From Bacteroidales bacterium (GTDB lineage Bacteria > Bacteroidota > Bacteroidia > Bacteroidales > WCHB1-69), in the NCBI GenBank assembly GCA_024400815.1, contig JAKSMD010000004.1, positions 1-63,430 of the forward strand: a stretch of DNA of 63,430 nucleotides. Direction: 5' to 3'. The notes under the pieces are model-generated. The model made no database searches, was not told the origin of the DNA, and was given only the letters and a program-made list of their open reading frames with translations. The translations under genes and the position numbers were made by a program. Positions 37,001 through 46,858 of this stretch are shown here, one piece after another (position 1 is the stretch's first letter; each line of letters starts with the position of its first letter).

Positions 37001-40000
37001 GACAATAACAGCGAATACATCGCTGCCTCCTTCACCACGCTTTCCAATTGTTTGGCTCCTATCAATACTACCAATGTAAACGACTACAATAACACTTCTC
37101 TTTATTGGACCGCTGTTAATAATGAAACCGCTTGGATGGTAGAATACAAACAAGCTTCTGCTTCCGATTGGGTATCTGTTCAAGTTGCTAATGAACCCGT
37201 GTTTGTAATCAGCAATCTTGCTAACAGCACTTTGTATGATGTTCGCATCAAAGCGCTTTGCGATGCAGAAAACGAAAGCGAATGGGCAACCTATCAGTTT
37301 ACCTCCGATTGTGCCCTTATCACTTTGCCATATACTGAAGGTTTTGAAAGTTATGCTACAAACGCTGATCCAGATTGCTGGACCATGCTCAATAGCACAC
37401 ACACTACCTCCTCTTATCCGACTGCTTATGTGTACAATAGTTCTTCTTATGTTCACAGTGGCAGCAAATCACTCTATTTCAAATCTAGCAGCACGACTCC
37501 TATCTATGCTGTCATCCCTGCTTTTGAAGCTGAAAATGCAAGCGTTACTTTCTTCTACAGAAATGAAGGCGTCTCTACTTCTAATGGCATCCTTTCTATC
37601 GGTACCATGACGGATCCAACGGACGCTTCTACTTTTGTTGAAGTAAGATCCTTTGACCAGACGACCACTATTACCGAAGCTTCTGTGAACTTCTTCAATT
37701 TGAATGGCGCTCGCATCGCTTTCAAATATACAGGAGGATCTTATAACAACTACTATCTCGGTATTGACGACATCAATGTGGAAATGATTTCAACTTGCGT
37801 TATGCCTAATAATATCGAAGTTGCGAATGTTACCACGAATAGCGCTGACCTTACTTGGGAAGCAGGTAATACCGAAACCGCTTGGCAAATCGAATATGGC
37901 ATGGCTGGTTTCGAACAAGGCACGGGCACTGTCGTAAATGCCAACACCCCTGCTTATACCTTGTCTAATTTGACTCCAAGTACGACGTATGATTTCTATC
38001 TTCGTTCTATTTGTGGCGGTGGCGACAACAGCGATTGGACACATGTATATTCTTTCCGTACAGAATCTACTTGCGAAGTCGCTATCCCATTCTTCGAATC
38101 TTTTGAACCTTCAAGTGAAAACTTACCATGCTGGACCATCATCGACAACAATGGAGATGGCGATATGTGGAAAATTGAAGCATACAACGGTCATACCGGT
38201 AACTACTCTGCTCGTATCTACACCGACTATAACGAAGGTATGGATGATGACTACTTGATTACCCCGGGTATGTATTTGACAGGCAATCAATATCTTTCTT
38301 TCTACACAAGAGCAAATTCAACCAGCGAACCTAATGCTATTGAAGTACGCTTATCTACTACAGGTAAAAATCCTGCTGATTTTTCTACCGTATTGATGCC
38401 AACCACAGAAATCGGCCAAACCACATATCAACATTACAATATCGACCTCACCGCATACACAGGTAAGGTTTACATTGCCTTCCACGTCCCTGCTAATGGT
38501 CCTGATGGCTGGTATCTCTATGTGGATGACATTGAAGTGGGCAATTATTTGTCTTGCTATGCTCCTGAAGATATTACTGTGTCCGATATTACGGACCATT
38601 CTGCAGATATTGCTTGGACACCTACTCATGGCGAAACTGACTTTGTTGTTGAATACAAAGCTGCTGAAGATGCTGCTTGGAATAGTGTTACTGTATCAGG
38701 CACTACCACCACCTTAAGCTTAAATGCTTCTACAAATTATATGGTTAGAGTAAAAGCTATTTGTTCTGCTGATGACGAAAGCGATTATTCTGAAATAGTT
38801 ACTTTGAACACACCTTGTCAAGGTGGTGGTGATGTTACCATTGGTACGAGCACAAACACTTACAACGGTTATATCATTGACAACTATTACGGCTATTCCT
38901 ATTCTCAACAGATTTACACGGCTGACGAAATTGGTATGGCTGGTGAAATCCAATCCTTCGCACTTCAATATGCATATTCAAGCCCTACGACGGATAAGAA
39001 TAATGTTGAAGTCTATATGGCACATACCAGCAAATCATCATTCAGCAGTTCTTCTGATTGGATTACCTCCGGTCTCCAACTGGTTTACTCTGGTAGTTTG
39101 AACTGTTCTCAAGGCTGGAATACCTTTGTTTTGGATAATCCTTTCTCTTATGATGGTGTTTCTAACCTCGTTTTGGTGGTTAACGATAAGTCTAATGATT
39201 ACAATGGGTCTGCTTATGTTTTCAATGTCTCACCTTGTAGTGGCAACAAGGCCTTATTATATCATAATGATTATAGCCAATTCTCAGGTACACAATCCGC
39301 AAGCTTTATAGCCGCAAATCGTAACAACATTACGTTCAGTATTTGTCCTTCTGACGAATCGGTTTGTCGTGTTCCTTCTGAAGTGACGGTATCCAATCTC
39401 ACCGACCATTCCGTTGATGTAGCTTGGACGGCTATTCCAGGTGCAACAGATTTCGCAGTGGAATACAAGCTGGCGAGCGATGCGGCTTGGAACACCGTAA
39501 TGGTTACCGGTACTTCTACCACTTTGAACCTGGTGGATGCTTCTACTTATGAAATTAGAGTGAAGACTATCTGTTCCGCAGAATCTGAAAGCGATTATAC
39601 CGATGTGATAACCGTTAACACGCCTTGTTTAGGTTTTGCTGATGTCACTATTGGTACAGGTACTTCAGAAAATTCCAATATCCCATTTTACGGTCTTTAC
39701 AATTATTCTTATTCTCAACAAATTTACGATGCAGCTGATATTCCTAGCGGTGGTAAGATTCAATCTATCCAATTCTATTGCATTGCGGCCCCATCAGCTT
39801 CTACTATTGGTAATATCAAGATTTGGATGGCTAATACCAACAAATCCACATTCTCCAGCACAACGGACTATATCAACCCGTCTGATTTGACCTTAGTATG
39901 TGAAGTTCCTACTTACGATTATGAAACGGGTTGGAACACCTTTACTTTGGATGAACCGTTCGAATATGACGGCACTTCAAACCTTGTAATAGCTTACTAC

Positions 40001-43000
40001 GAAGGAAATAATAGTTGGGGTTCAGCTTCTTTCCAAGTTCATTCTACCAATGGTACGAAAGCTATTTATCATTACAACGACACACAATCATCCGTTTCTT
40101 GGTCAAATCCGGCTTCAGCTTCTGGCAGCAAGGGTACTTTATCAGTTCGCAACAATATCAAGTTGGGCATGTGTCCTCCATCCGAAAAAGATATCGTCTT
40201 GATGGATGCTGAACCTATTGCTGACGCTTGCGATTTGAGCAACGCCCAATTGACCATCACCGTTAAGAACAATAATGTCGGCAGCGCTATCAGCAGTTTC
40301 GTTGCAAGTTACCAAGTGAACGGCGGCGATGTGGTTGCTGAAAATGTCAATCTGGCTACGCCTATCGCTGTTGGTGCTTCTTACGAATACACCTTCGCCA
40401 ATGCTCCTGTTTTGGTTGACGCAGTGAACAACATCAACATTACCCTCACCTATCCTGGCGATGGCAATGAAGACAACAATACGATGACGCTCGGACCAAT
40501 CAACCTCATTACGCCGGTTGAAGTTCCATTTGAAGAAAACTTCTCTTCTGTTACCTTCGGCCAAGGTGGTTGGAATGCTGGTTCTTTGAACGAAAATCCG
40601 GTCAACTGGACTATTTCCGCAGGTACTCCTACTTACACTTATAGCGACGAATATGATGCAGCTGCTTATATGATGACGCCATGTCTCCATATCCCTGCTG
40701 GTCAATATCTCGTTTCTTATGATTACAATGCGCTTGACGTTCTTCCTGAAAATATGGTTGTTTACATCGGTACTTCCTCTAATCCTGCAGATTGGACCGT
40801 TATCGAACAACATGAAGATTTCGTTCATACGGCTACTGCTAATCATGTTGATTACCTCTTCAACAATACTGAGGATGGTATCTATTATGTTATCGCAAAA
40901 GCTGCTTCCCCAAGAGGTGGTATGGGTATGACCTTCGATAACTTGAGCATCAAACCTGCTTATACCGTTACCGTTAACGCTGGCGACCATGGTACTACAA
41001 TTCCTACGGGCGTGAATTATGTTGTGGCTGGTTCTGACCTTACCATCAACATCTTGCCGGATGCTGGTTACCATGTTGCTACCATTACTGTAGATGGTGC
41101 TCGTATGGCTATAGATGAAGACAATACCGCTACAGTTTATCCATTCACATTAAATGACATCAATAGCAATGTAGTAGTAGATGTTACTTTTGCTGGCACT
41201 CAATACCATGTCGTGAAGAATGTAAACGTTGCTACGCCAAACGGTCACTTCGTACCTGCTGCAACGGATCTCGTTGAAGCTGGCGAAGCACTTACCGTTA
41301 CGGCTGTTGCAGATGCACACTATCATTTGTCAAGCTTCTTGATTAGCAATAATCCTCGTTTACACGGTACTGAATATATTAATGATGTTACGAGAAATGG
41401 TAACAACTATAGCTATGATTTCGCTCATATCTACAGCAACAAATATATTACAGCTTCCTTCAACATTGATACCGTAGGTATTCACTACATCGTATTGGAC
41501 GGTCAAGGCACCATCAACAACCGTTTTGTTGTTGACGCTAACACCACGCTTCCGGCTTCCTTCGACCAATATGTGAATTATGGTTCTGACCTGTTGAGCA
41601 CGATTGTCCCTGCTCCTGGTTATCATATTGCGAATATCAATATCAATGGAGTTGACCATAATGTGAATGCTTGGTCATTCGAAAATATCTCTGAAGAACA
41701 ATATGTAACCATCACCTTCGCTTTGAATGATTATCAAATCACCACCAACGCTATCGGTAATGGTACGGTTTCTGGCGGTGTTGAATTCACCTATGATCCT
41801 GCCTTCACTTATACTTTCGAAGCTCAAGCTGACGAAAATGCGCATATCGTAAGCGTCTTGCGTAACAATGTTGCTCTCCCTGTTGCAGATCCTGATTACT
41901 ATACTGAAACATTGACCAACATCACTGAAAACTACGATTATGTAGTTCGTTTCGCAAGCAACTTCTTCACCGTTAATGCTTCTGCTGGTGCTCATGGTTT
42001 GATTTCTCCAGTTGGCGCTACTACTTATCATTACGGTGTTGATGCTGATTACAGCATTACCGCTAATGCAGGTTACTACATTTCTTCTATCACAGTAGAT
42101 GGTGAAACCACCAACTACACCCAAGCTGATGGATTGAATGAAACCGTTATCACCTTCGCTAATATTCTCGAAGATCATAACATCCATGCTACCTTCGCTC
42201 AATATCAATACACCATCACCGTGAATGCGGGTGCTCATGGTACTGTTTCTCCGACCACGCATACTTATGCTTACGGTGCAACACCTACCTTCACCATCAC
42301 GCCAAACGCTGGTTATGGTATTGAAAACGTAACCGTTGACGGTGCTTCTGTTGGCACTCCTGCTACATACACCTTCGCTGCTTTGAATGCAGATCATACT
42401 TTGGCTGCTACATTTGCACAATATGAATACACCATCACCGCTATCGCTGGCAACGGCGGTAACATCACTCCTGCTGGTGTAACTCCGATGTTCTACAATG
42501 GTGACCAAACTTACACCATCGCTGCTGCAACGGGTTATCATATTGAAGACGTTTACGTCGACGGTGCTTCTGTTGGCGCTGTTACTACTTACACCTTCAC
42601 TGATGTTCAAGCTAACCACACCATTGCTGCTACATTTGCTCCTAATGAATACACCATCACGGTTAACCAACCGGCTAATGGTAACATCAACCCGGGCACA
42701 ATGACTGTTCTCTATGGCGCAACTCCTACCTTCGTAATCACTCCGGCTACAGGTTACAATGTTGCTACCATCACTTTGAACGGCACCAATGTTATGGCTA
42801 ACGCAACCAATGTCAATGGCACTTACACTTACACCTTGCCTGCAGTTGCTGCTAACCAAACTTTGACCGCTACCATGACGCTGAAGACCTTCACCATCAC
42901 GGCTACGGCTGGCGCTAATGGCTCTATTGCTCCTGCTGGCACAGCTACCGTTAACTACGGTGAAACGAAAGCTTACACCATCACTCCTGCTAACGGTTAC

Positions 43001-43642
43001 GTTATCGACAATGTAACGGTTGACGGTATGACTATGGGCGCTGTTTCCGCTTACACCTTCGTTAATGTGGTCGCTAACCACACCATCAACGCTACTTTCA
43101 GACTTGCTGAATGTGAAATTCCTTCTAATATGCAGACGATCAACATTGATACTACAACGGCTACGTTGAGCTGGTATCACCCAGGTGCTCAATCCTATGA
43201 TATCCAATACAAAGCAATCAATGCTGCTACATTCACTTCTATCAGCAATGTTACCGGTTTCAGCTACTTGTTGACCAACTTGCAACCGAGCACCACATAC
43301 GTATGGTATGTACGCGCTAATTGCTTGGCTAACAACTCCAGCGAATGGACCAATGGCTGCAACTTCCGCACTTTGGACAACAACAACACCATCGGTGTTG
43401 AAGAATACACTGAAAACCTCGTGAAAGTTTACGCTAATAGCAACAATGTCTATATCATCAACGAAAACAATGTCCAAATCGACAATGTTATGATTTATGA
43501 CATCTATGGTAAATTGCTCTACAACGGTCAAGTGAACAGCACTTCCGAAGTGATTTCCATGAATGTGGCTACGGGTACTTACATGGTTAGATTATCTACT
43601 GATAAGGGTATGTTGAACTACAAACTCTATCTCAACAGATAA
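34094..43642 (+). CDS. Giant (3182 aa) T9SS-secreted surface/adhesin-like protein
   Basis: Signal peptide; chitobiase-C/FN3-associated module (IYYTLDGTTP), OB-like modules, about 8 FN3 repeats, cleaved-adhesin/choice-of-anchor-J-like domains (WTIIDNNGDG..DDYLITP..YVDDI), three TIGTG-type domains, many InlB-B-like repeats (TITPNAGY.I..V.VDG), CTD (GTYMVRL). Confidence 0.9.
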   Translation: MKKTVLSKVQNGIMLILFVVCAMVGFAQGSENFATITPNNTSYNTKTTSTGWTCLNAAVVAATNTNAIENCGGQSVVINGKTTAVGSITSPVLTGGCGTFSFNYGNVFSESKGVSFLFEVKNTNAEVLYDTTVTVTNAIASIGTTLNFEANVNIGGDFQVVITNLSPSNSTSNKDRLAISCIAWTAYEGGGSVVTIAAPAISPASGTFYTPQTIAINAAEGALIYYTLDGTTPTPASTLYTEPFTVSATTTVKAIAVVGENASAAATAIYTFPVEVANIAAFKENGVNNTLYKITGDVKVIYQNAASGYLYVQDETGALLFYKYNNNEYENGDVISGGLCGTYGLYGNAPQMAGALNPAEGVAGTPVEPIVVTIADLQSDFASYLHKLVTINNVNFDGNYSYTLNNRGNSAIISDGENTMTFYNQYKTLDCAVNGTTNYSITGIVYNYNTTKEISPRDCQDIVADETVASLPYTLDFDAHNDSRFVIENGTATNKWYVGQASGFDNNKLFISNNGVTNKYANTASTVSAYRTINIPAAGAMVSFDCRVMGETNYDYLSVSIRKDNETTELGQVSGSNEWTNVTYFIDPAMAGAADLVFTWTNDASTANQFPAAIDNITVVENPCSPVSNLTATVSGTTATIAWTAVEGQNAWVVEYKPADRTEWHAVNATSNSVVLADLTGNTAYNVRVKADCGAMNSIWTNADFAIDCQNLTVGDPQDIIIGTGTSTTNNYIWPGYYGWQYSAHLYDMEQYGQVNSIAMYLNSASTSTGSSMTIWVKEVDNDFAFNSSNRFNDFVDGAQEIFTGTPDFSQAGWIEFPIQNFTLSEGKDLLVIIHGVGCSASGGCSKTTRYTSTPNKMWYKSQDTSDPGYNTAGTVSSYRANLKINMTSEVCADVPACAEPTNLTVSNVTANSAEIAWNAGADETAWTVEYRTADSEDWTAAEAAETNYVLNGLTANTPYVVRVAANCGDNNSEYIAASFTTLSNCLAPINTTNVNDYNNTSLYWTAVNNETAWMVEYKQASASDWVSVQVANEPVFVISNLANSTLYDVRIKALCDAENESEWATYQFTSDCALITLPYTEGFESYATNADPDCWTMLNSTHTTSSYPTAYVYNSSSYVHSGSKSLYFKSSSTTPIYAVIPAFEAENASVTFFYRNEGVSTSNGILSIGTMTDPTDASTFVEVRSFDQTTTITEASVNFFNLNGARIAFKYTGGSYNNYYLGIDDINVEMISTCVMPNNIEVANVTTNSADLTWEAGNTETAWQIEYGMAGFEQGTGTVVNANTPAYTLSNLTPSTTYDFYLRSICGGGDNSDWTHVYSFRTESTCEVAIPFFESFEPSSENLPCWTIIDNNGDGDMWKIEAYNGHTGNYSARIYTDYNEGMDDDYLITPGMYLTGNQYLSFYTRANSTSEPNAIEVRLSTTGKNPADFSTVLMPTTEIGQTTYQHYNIDLTAYTGKVYIAFHVPANGPDGWYLYVDDIEVGNYLSCYAPEDITVSDITDHSADIAWTPTHGETDFVVEYKAAEDAAWNSVTVSGTTTTLSLNASTNYMVRVKAICSADDESDYSEIVTLNTPCQGGGDVTIGTSTNTYNGYIIDNYYGYSYSQQIYTADEIGMAGEIQSFALQYAYSSPTTDKNNVEVYMAHTSKSSFSSSSDWITSGLQLVYSGSLNCSQGWNTFVLDNPFSYDGVSNLVLVVNDKSNDYNGSAYVFNVSPCSGNKALLYHNDYSQFSGTQSASFIAANRNNITFSICPSDESVCRVPSEVTVSNLTDHSVDVAWTAIPGATDFAVEYKLASDAAWNTVMVTGTSTTLNLVDASTYEIRVKTICSAESESDYTDVITVNTPCLGFADVTIGTGTSENSNIPFYGLYNYSYSQQIYDAADIPSGGKIQSIQFYCIAAPSASTIGNIKIWMANTNKSTFSSTTDYINPSDLTLVCEVPTYDYETGWNTFTLDEPFEYDGTSNLVIAYYEGNNSWGSASFQVHSTNGTKAIYHYNDTQSSVSWSNPASASGSKGTLSVRNNIKLGMCPPSEKDIVLMDAEPIADACDLSNAQLTITVKNNNVGSAISSFVASYQVNGGDVVAENVNLATPIAVGASYEYTFANAPVLVDAVNNINITLTYPGDGNEDNNTMTLGPINLITPVEVPFEENFSSVTFGQGGWNAGSLNENPVNWTISAGTPTYTYSDEYDAAAYMMTPCLHIPAGQYLVSYDYNALDVLPENMVVYIGTSSNPADWTVIEQHEDFVHTATANHVDYLFNNTEDGIYYVIAKAASPRGGMGMTFDNLSIKPAYTVTVNAGDHGTTIPTGVNYVVAGSDLTINILPDAGYHVATITVDGARMAIDEDNTATVYPFTLNDINSNVVVDVTFAGTQYHVVKNVNVATPNGHFVPAATDLVEAGEALTVTAVADAHYHLSSFLISNNPRLHGTEYINDVTRNGNNYSYDFAHIYSNKYITASFNIDTVGIHYIVLDGQGTINNRFVVDANTTLPASFDQYVNYGSDLLSTIVPAPGYHIANININGVDHNVNAWSFENISEEQYVTITFALNDYQITTNAIGNGTVSGGVEFTYDPAFTYTFEAQADENAHIVSVLRNNVALPVADPDYYTETLTNITENYDYVVRFASNFFTVNASAGAHGLISPVGATTYHYGVDADYSITANAGYYISSITVDGETTNYTQADGLNETVITFANILEDHNIHATFAQYQYTITVNAGAHGTVSPTTHTYAYGATPTFTITPNAGYGIENVTVDGASVGTPATYTFAALNADHTLAATFAQYEYTITAIAGNGGNITPAGVTPMFYNGDQTYTIAAATGYHIEDVYVDGASVGAVTTYTFTDVQANHTIAATFAPNEYTITVNQPANGNINPGTMTVLYGATPTFVITPATGYNVATITLNGTNVMANATNVNGTYTYTLPAVAANQTLTATMTLKTFTITATAGANGSIAPAGTATVNYGETKAYTITPANGYVIDNVTVDGMTMGAVSAYTFVNVVANHTINATFRLAECEIPSNMQTINIDTTTATLSWYHPGAQSYDIQYKAINAATFTSISNVTGFSYLLTNLQPSTTYVWYVRANCLANNSSEWTNGCNFRTLDNNNTIGVEEYTENLVKVYANSNNVYIINENNVQIDNVMIYDIYGKLLYNGQVNSTSEVISMNVATGTYMVRLSTDKGMLNYKLYLNR

Positions 43643-43670
43643 TCGCTGCTTTAAGTATTCAATACTTTTC

Positions 43671-43702
43671 AAAAGGGTGACTTTCGGGTCACCCTTTTTT
43701 TA
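43671..43702 (+). terminator. Rho-independent terminator
   Basis: AAAAGGGTGAC-TTTCGG-GTCACCCTTTTTTT. Confidence 0.9.
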
Positions 43703-43801
43703 TACAATAATTATATATAATAGTTCGGCTTTTGGGAAATTAAAAATGTTATCTTTGCACCCCCTAAAAAAGCATTTAATAATAAATAAAAATATAGTAT
43801 T

Positions 43802-45310
43802 ATGAAAGAAAGTCAAATGATGAGCATGAATCCTTTGGTTAACTATTTCAAGAAAAGTCCGAAGGATTTCACAAAAGCAGATCTTATCAAATTCGTTGAA
43901 GAAAAAGAGATCAAAATGATCAATTTCCACTATGTGGCTGGAGATGGTCGATTGAAAACGCTCGGTTTCATTTTGAATGACCGCGAATATTTGGAACAAA
44001 TTCTTTCCAATGGCGAAAGAGTGGATGGCTCCAACATCTTCCCGGCATTCATTCATGCAGGTTCCAGCGACCTGTATGTCATTCCTCGTTTCTCTACCGC
44101 ATTCATCAATCCGTTTGCTGAAATTCCTACTTTGTCCTTCCTTTGCTCTTATTACAACAAAGACGGCCAACCGCTGGAAAATTCACCGGAATACATCTTG
44201 CGCAAAGCTTGCAAGTCCTTCACCGAAGTGACGGGCATGTATTTCCAAGCCATGGGCGAATTGGAATACTACGTTATTGGCGAAGCTGAAGAACTCTACA
44301 CCATCCCAGATCAACGCGGTTATCACGAAACATCTCCTTTCTCCAAATTTGAAAGCTTCCGCGCTGAATGTATGTACAACATTGCCAAGGCTGGCGGCCA
44401 AATCAAATACGGTCACTCCGAAGTGGGCAACTTCACCATGGATGGTAAGATTTACGAACAGAACGAAATCGAATTCCTTGTTGCGGATGCTCAACAGGCA
44501 GCTGACCAACTCGTTTTGGCAAAATGGATTATCCGTAACCTGGCTTACCAATATGGTTTGGATGTAACCTTCTCACCGAAGATTACTACGGGCAAAGCAG
44601 GTAGCGGTTTGCATATCCACACCCGCATCGTCAATGCCGATGGCAAAAACCAATATGTTACCAAAGGCAAGTTGAATTCTATCGCTAAAACCGCTATCGC
44701 TGGCTATATGACCTGCGCTGGCTCTTTGACCGCTTTCGGCAATACCAACCCTACTTCCTATTTCCGCTTGGTTCCGCATCAGGAAGCTCCTACTTCTATT
44801 TGCTGGGGCGACCGCAACCGTTCTGTATTGGTTCGCGTGCCACTGGGCTGGACACACAAAAACGATATCGTTGCAGACCTCAACCCACTCGAAAAACCAG
44901 TCAATAAAGATCGCTCTCAAAAGCAAACGGTTGAATTCCGCTGCCCGGATGGCTCTGCTGACATCTACCTCCTGATTGCTGGTTTGGCTGTCGCCGCTCG
45001 CCATGGCTTCGAAATGGAAGGCGCTTTGGATTTCGCTAAGAAAACGTATGTTGATGTCGATATTCACAAAGCTGAAAATAAAGACCTTATCGAAAAATTG
45101 GCGCAATTGCCATCTTCTTGCTGGGAATCTGCTGACGAATTGAGCCGCCATCGCGATATCTTTGAAAAATACGGTGTCTTCAATGCTGAAATGATTGATG
45201 ATATTGTGAAACAATTGAAGTCTTTCAAAGACCAGAAAATCCGCAAGGAAATCGAAAAGAATCCTGAAATCATGACCAACTTGGTTCACGAATATTTCTA
45301 TTGTGGTTAG
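43802..45310 (+). CDS. glnA: Glutamine synthetase (type I-like)
   Basis: VDGS, MGELEYY, HSEVG, EQNEIE, GSGLHIH, RLVPHQEAP, NRSVLVRVP, EFRCPDGSA. Confidence 0.93.
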   Translation: MKESQMMSMNPLVNYFKKSPKDFTKADLIKFVEEKEIKMINFHYVAGDGRLKTLGFILNDREYLEQILSNGERVDGSNIFPAFIHAGSSDLYVIPRFSTAFINPFAEIPTLSFLCSYYNKDGQPLENSPEYILRKACKSFTEVTGMYFQAMGELEYYVIGEAEELYTIPDQRGYHETSPFSKFESFRAECMYNIAKAGGQIKYGHSEVGNFTMDGKIYEQNEIEFLVADAQQAADQLVLAKWIIRNLAYQYGLDVTFSPKITTGKAGSGLHIHTRIVNADGKNQYVTKGKLNSIAKTAIAGYMTCAGSLTAFGNTNPTSYFRLVPHQEAPTSICWGDRNRSVLVRVPLGWTHKNDIVADLNPLEKPVNKDRSQKQTVEFRCPDGSADIYLLIAGLAVAARHGFEMEGALDFAKKTYVDVDIHKAENKDLIEKLAQLPSSCWESADELSRHRDIFEKYGVFNAEMIDDIVKQLKSFKDQKIRKEIEKNPEIMTNLVHEYFYCG

Positions 45311-45319
45311 TAATCACGC

Positions 45320-45368
45320 ATAGAGGCGTTGCGTAAAGAGGATAAGACCTTGTGCGCAACGTCTCTAT
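45320..45368. repeat. GTAG-type REP-like inverted repeat after glnA
   Basis: ATAGAGGCGTTGCG ... CGCAACGTCTCTAT (13/14 match). Confidence 0.6.
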
Positions 45369-45383
45369 TTAATTTTTTATAAG

Positions 45384-45884
45384 ATGAATATTACAGCAAT
45401 TATTATTGCTTGTTTGGCAATGGCTACGATTTTAGGCGTAGCCAAAATGGTGATAAATAGAGGCGTGCAGATGCAGGCTTTGGATAACGGCAAAGCCGTC
45501 AAAGGCATTGTGCTTCCACTCCGTCTGCAGGCATACGAACGCATGGCGCTCTTCTTGGAACGTATTGAACCCAACCAACTGGTGATGCGTATTCACAATA
45601 CAGGCCTTAATGTGGCTCAAGAACAGAATCTGCTGCTGACCTCTATTCGAAGCGAATTTGAACACAACCTCTCCCAACAGATTTATATTTCCAACGACGT
45701 TTGGAAACATATCTGTAACGCTAAAGAAGATATCATTGACATTATTAATGCGGTTGCCGGACAATACGAGCCTACCGCTGACAGTTTGGAATTTGCACAA
45801 GCTCTTTTGGCTGCTGCCGCTGAAAAACCAGTGGTGGATAAAGCGATGCTGATTCTCAAAACGGATGTACAAAAACTTTATTAA
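45384..45884 (+). CDS. Conserved Bacteroidetes hypothetical protein
   Basis: N-terminal TM helix; LPLRLQAYERMALFLERIEP, IRSEFEHNLSQQIYIS. Confidence 0.8.
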   Translation: MNITAIIIACLAMATILGVAKMVINRGVQMQALDNGKAVKGIVLPLRLQAYERMALFLERIEPNQLVMRIHNTGLNVAQEQNLLLTSIRSEFEHNLSQQIYISNDVWKHICNAKEDIIDIINAVAGQYEPTADSLEFAQALLAAAAEKPVVDKAMLILKTDVQKLY

Positions 45885-45898
45885 TCTAAACGATTTCA

Positions 45899-46858
45899 AT
45901 GAAAACACTCGAAGAATCATTTGAAGCTGTTTTGGCAGGTAAAAAGCCACAGAATCTTTATGAACCGATTTCCTATATCTTGATGCAGTCTGGCAAAAGA
46001 TTGCGCCCGCAACTGGTGCACTTCGCAGTCGATTTGTTTGATGGTGATGCAGAACAGGCCCAACTCATTGCGATGGCCTTTGAAATGTTGCATAACTTCA
46101 CCCTCATTCATGATGATATTATGGATGTGGCGCCCATTCGCCGCGGCAAGGAGACGGTTTATAAAAAATGGAACAGCAACATCGCCATTCTTTCGGGTGA
46201 CGCTTTGGCTATCATGGCATTCCAACAGCTGTTGAAACTGGATTGCGACCGGGAACTGATTTTGGAAATTGCCAAAGTCTTTGCCCAAACTTCCTTGGAA
46301 ATCTGCGAAGGACAACAGTACGACCTGGATTTTGAGACACAATCTGCTGTTTCTATCGACGAATATGTAAACATGATTCGCTTGAAAACAGCCGTCATGT
46401 TTGCCGGTTGCTTGAAGTCAGGCGCTATTTTCGCTCAAGCAGATGCCGAAAGCGAACAGGCCCTGTACGACTTTGGCATCCACTTGGGTATTGCTTTCCA
46501 ATTGGCCGATGATGTTTTGGATGTCTATGCCGATTCGCCTGCTTTTGGCAAAACCATCGGCGGCGATATCCGCGATAACAAGAAAACCTACCTCTATCTG
46601 AAGGCATTGGAATTGGCTGAACCTGCCCAACGAAAGCAATTGGAAGAATTATTTGCGGTGCCAACCGTGAATTTTGAGGAAAAATATCAAACGATACGCG
46701 CCATTTTCGACGCTTTGCAAGTGAAAACGATTACCGAAAATAAAGTTCGTCAGTATGTGGAAATGGCTGTTGCCGATTTAGACAAGGTCCATGTGGCTGA
46801 AGAAAAGAAATCTGCTTTGAAATCATTGGCATTAAAACTGATTGATAGAAAGAAATAA
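45899..46858 (+). CDS. Polyprenyl (geranyl/farnesyl) diphosphate synthase
   Basis: GKRLRP, LIHDDIMD..RRG, GQQYD, KTA, FQLADDVLD. Confidence 0.93.
   Translation: MKTLEESFEAVLAGKKPQNLYEPISYILMQSGKRLRPQLVHFAVDLFDGDAEQAQLIAMAFEMLHNFTLIHDDIMDVAPIRRGKETVYKKWNSNIAILSGDALAIMAFQQLLKLDCDRELILEIAKVFAQTSLEICEGQQYDLDFETQSAVSIDEYVNMIRLKTAVMFAGCLKSGAIFAQADAESEQALYDFGIHLGIAFQLADDVLDVYADSPAFGKTIGGDIRDNKKTYLYLKALELAEPAQRKQLEELFAVPTVNFEEKYQTIRAIFDALQVKTITENKVRQYVEMAVADLDKVHVAEEKKSALKSLALKLIDRKK

Noticed and set aside
35051-43531. Long antisense ORFs (434, 310 and 618 aa) opposite the giant protein, and similar ones opposite the ALDH, M16 and miaB genes
   Set aside because: These are shadow frames produced by biased codon usage of the sense gene and lack protein-like features.
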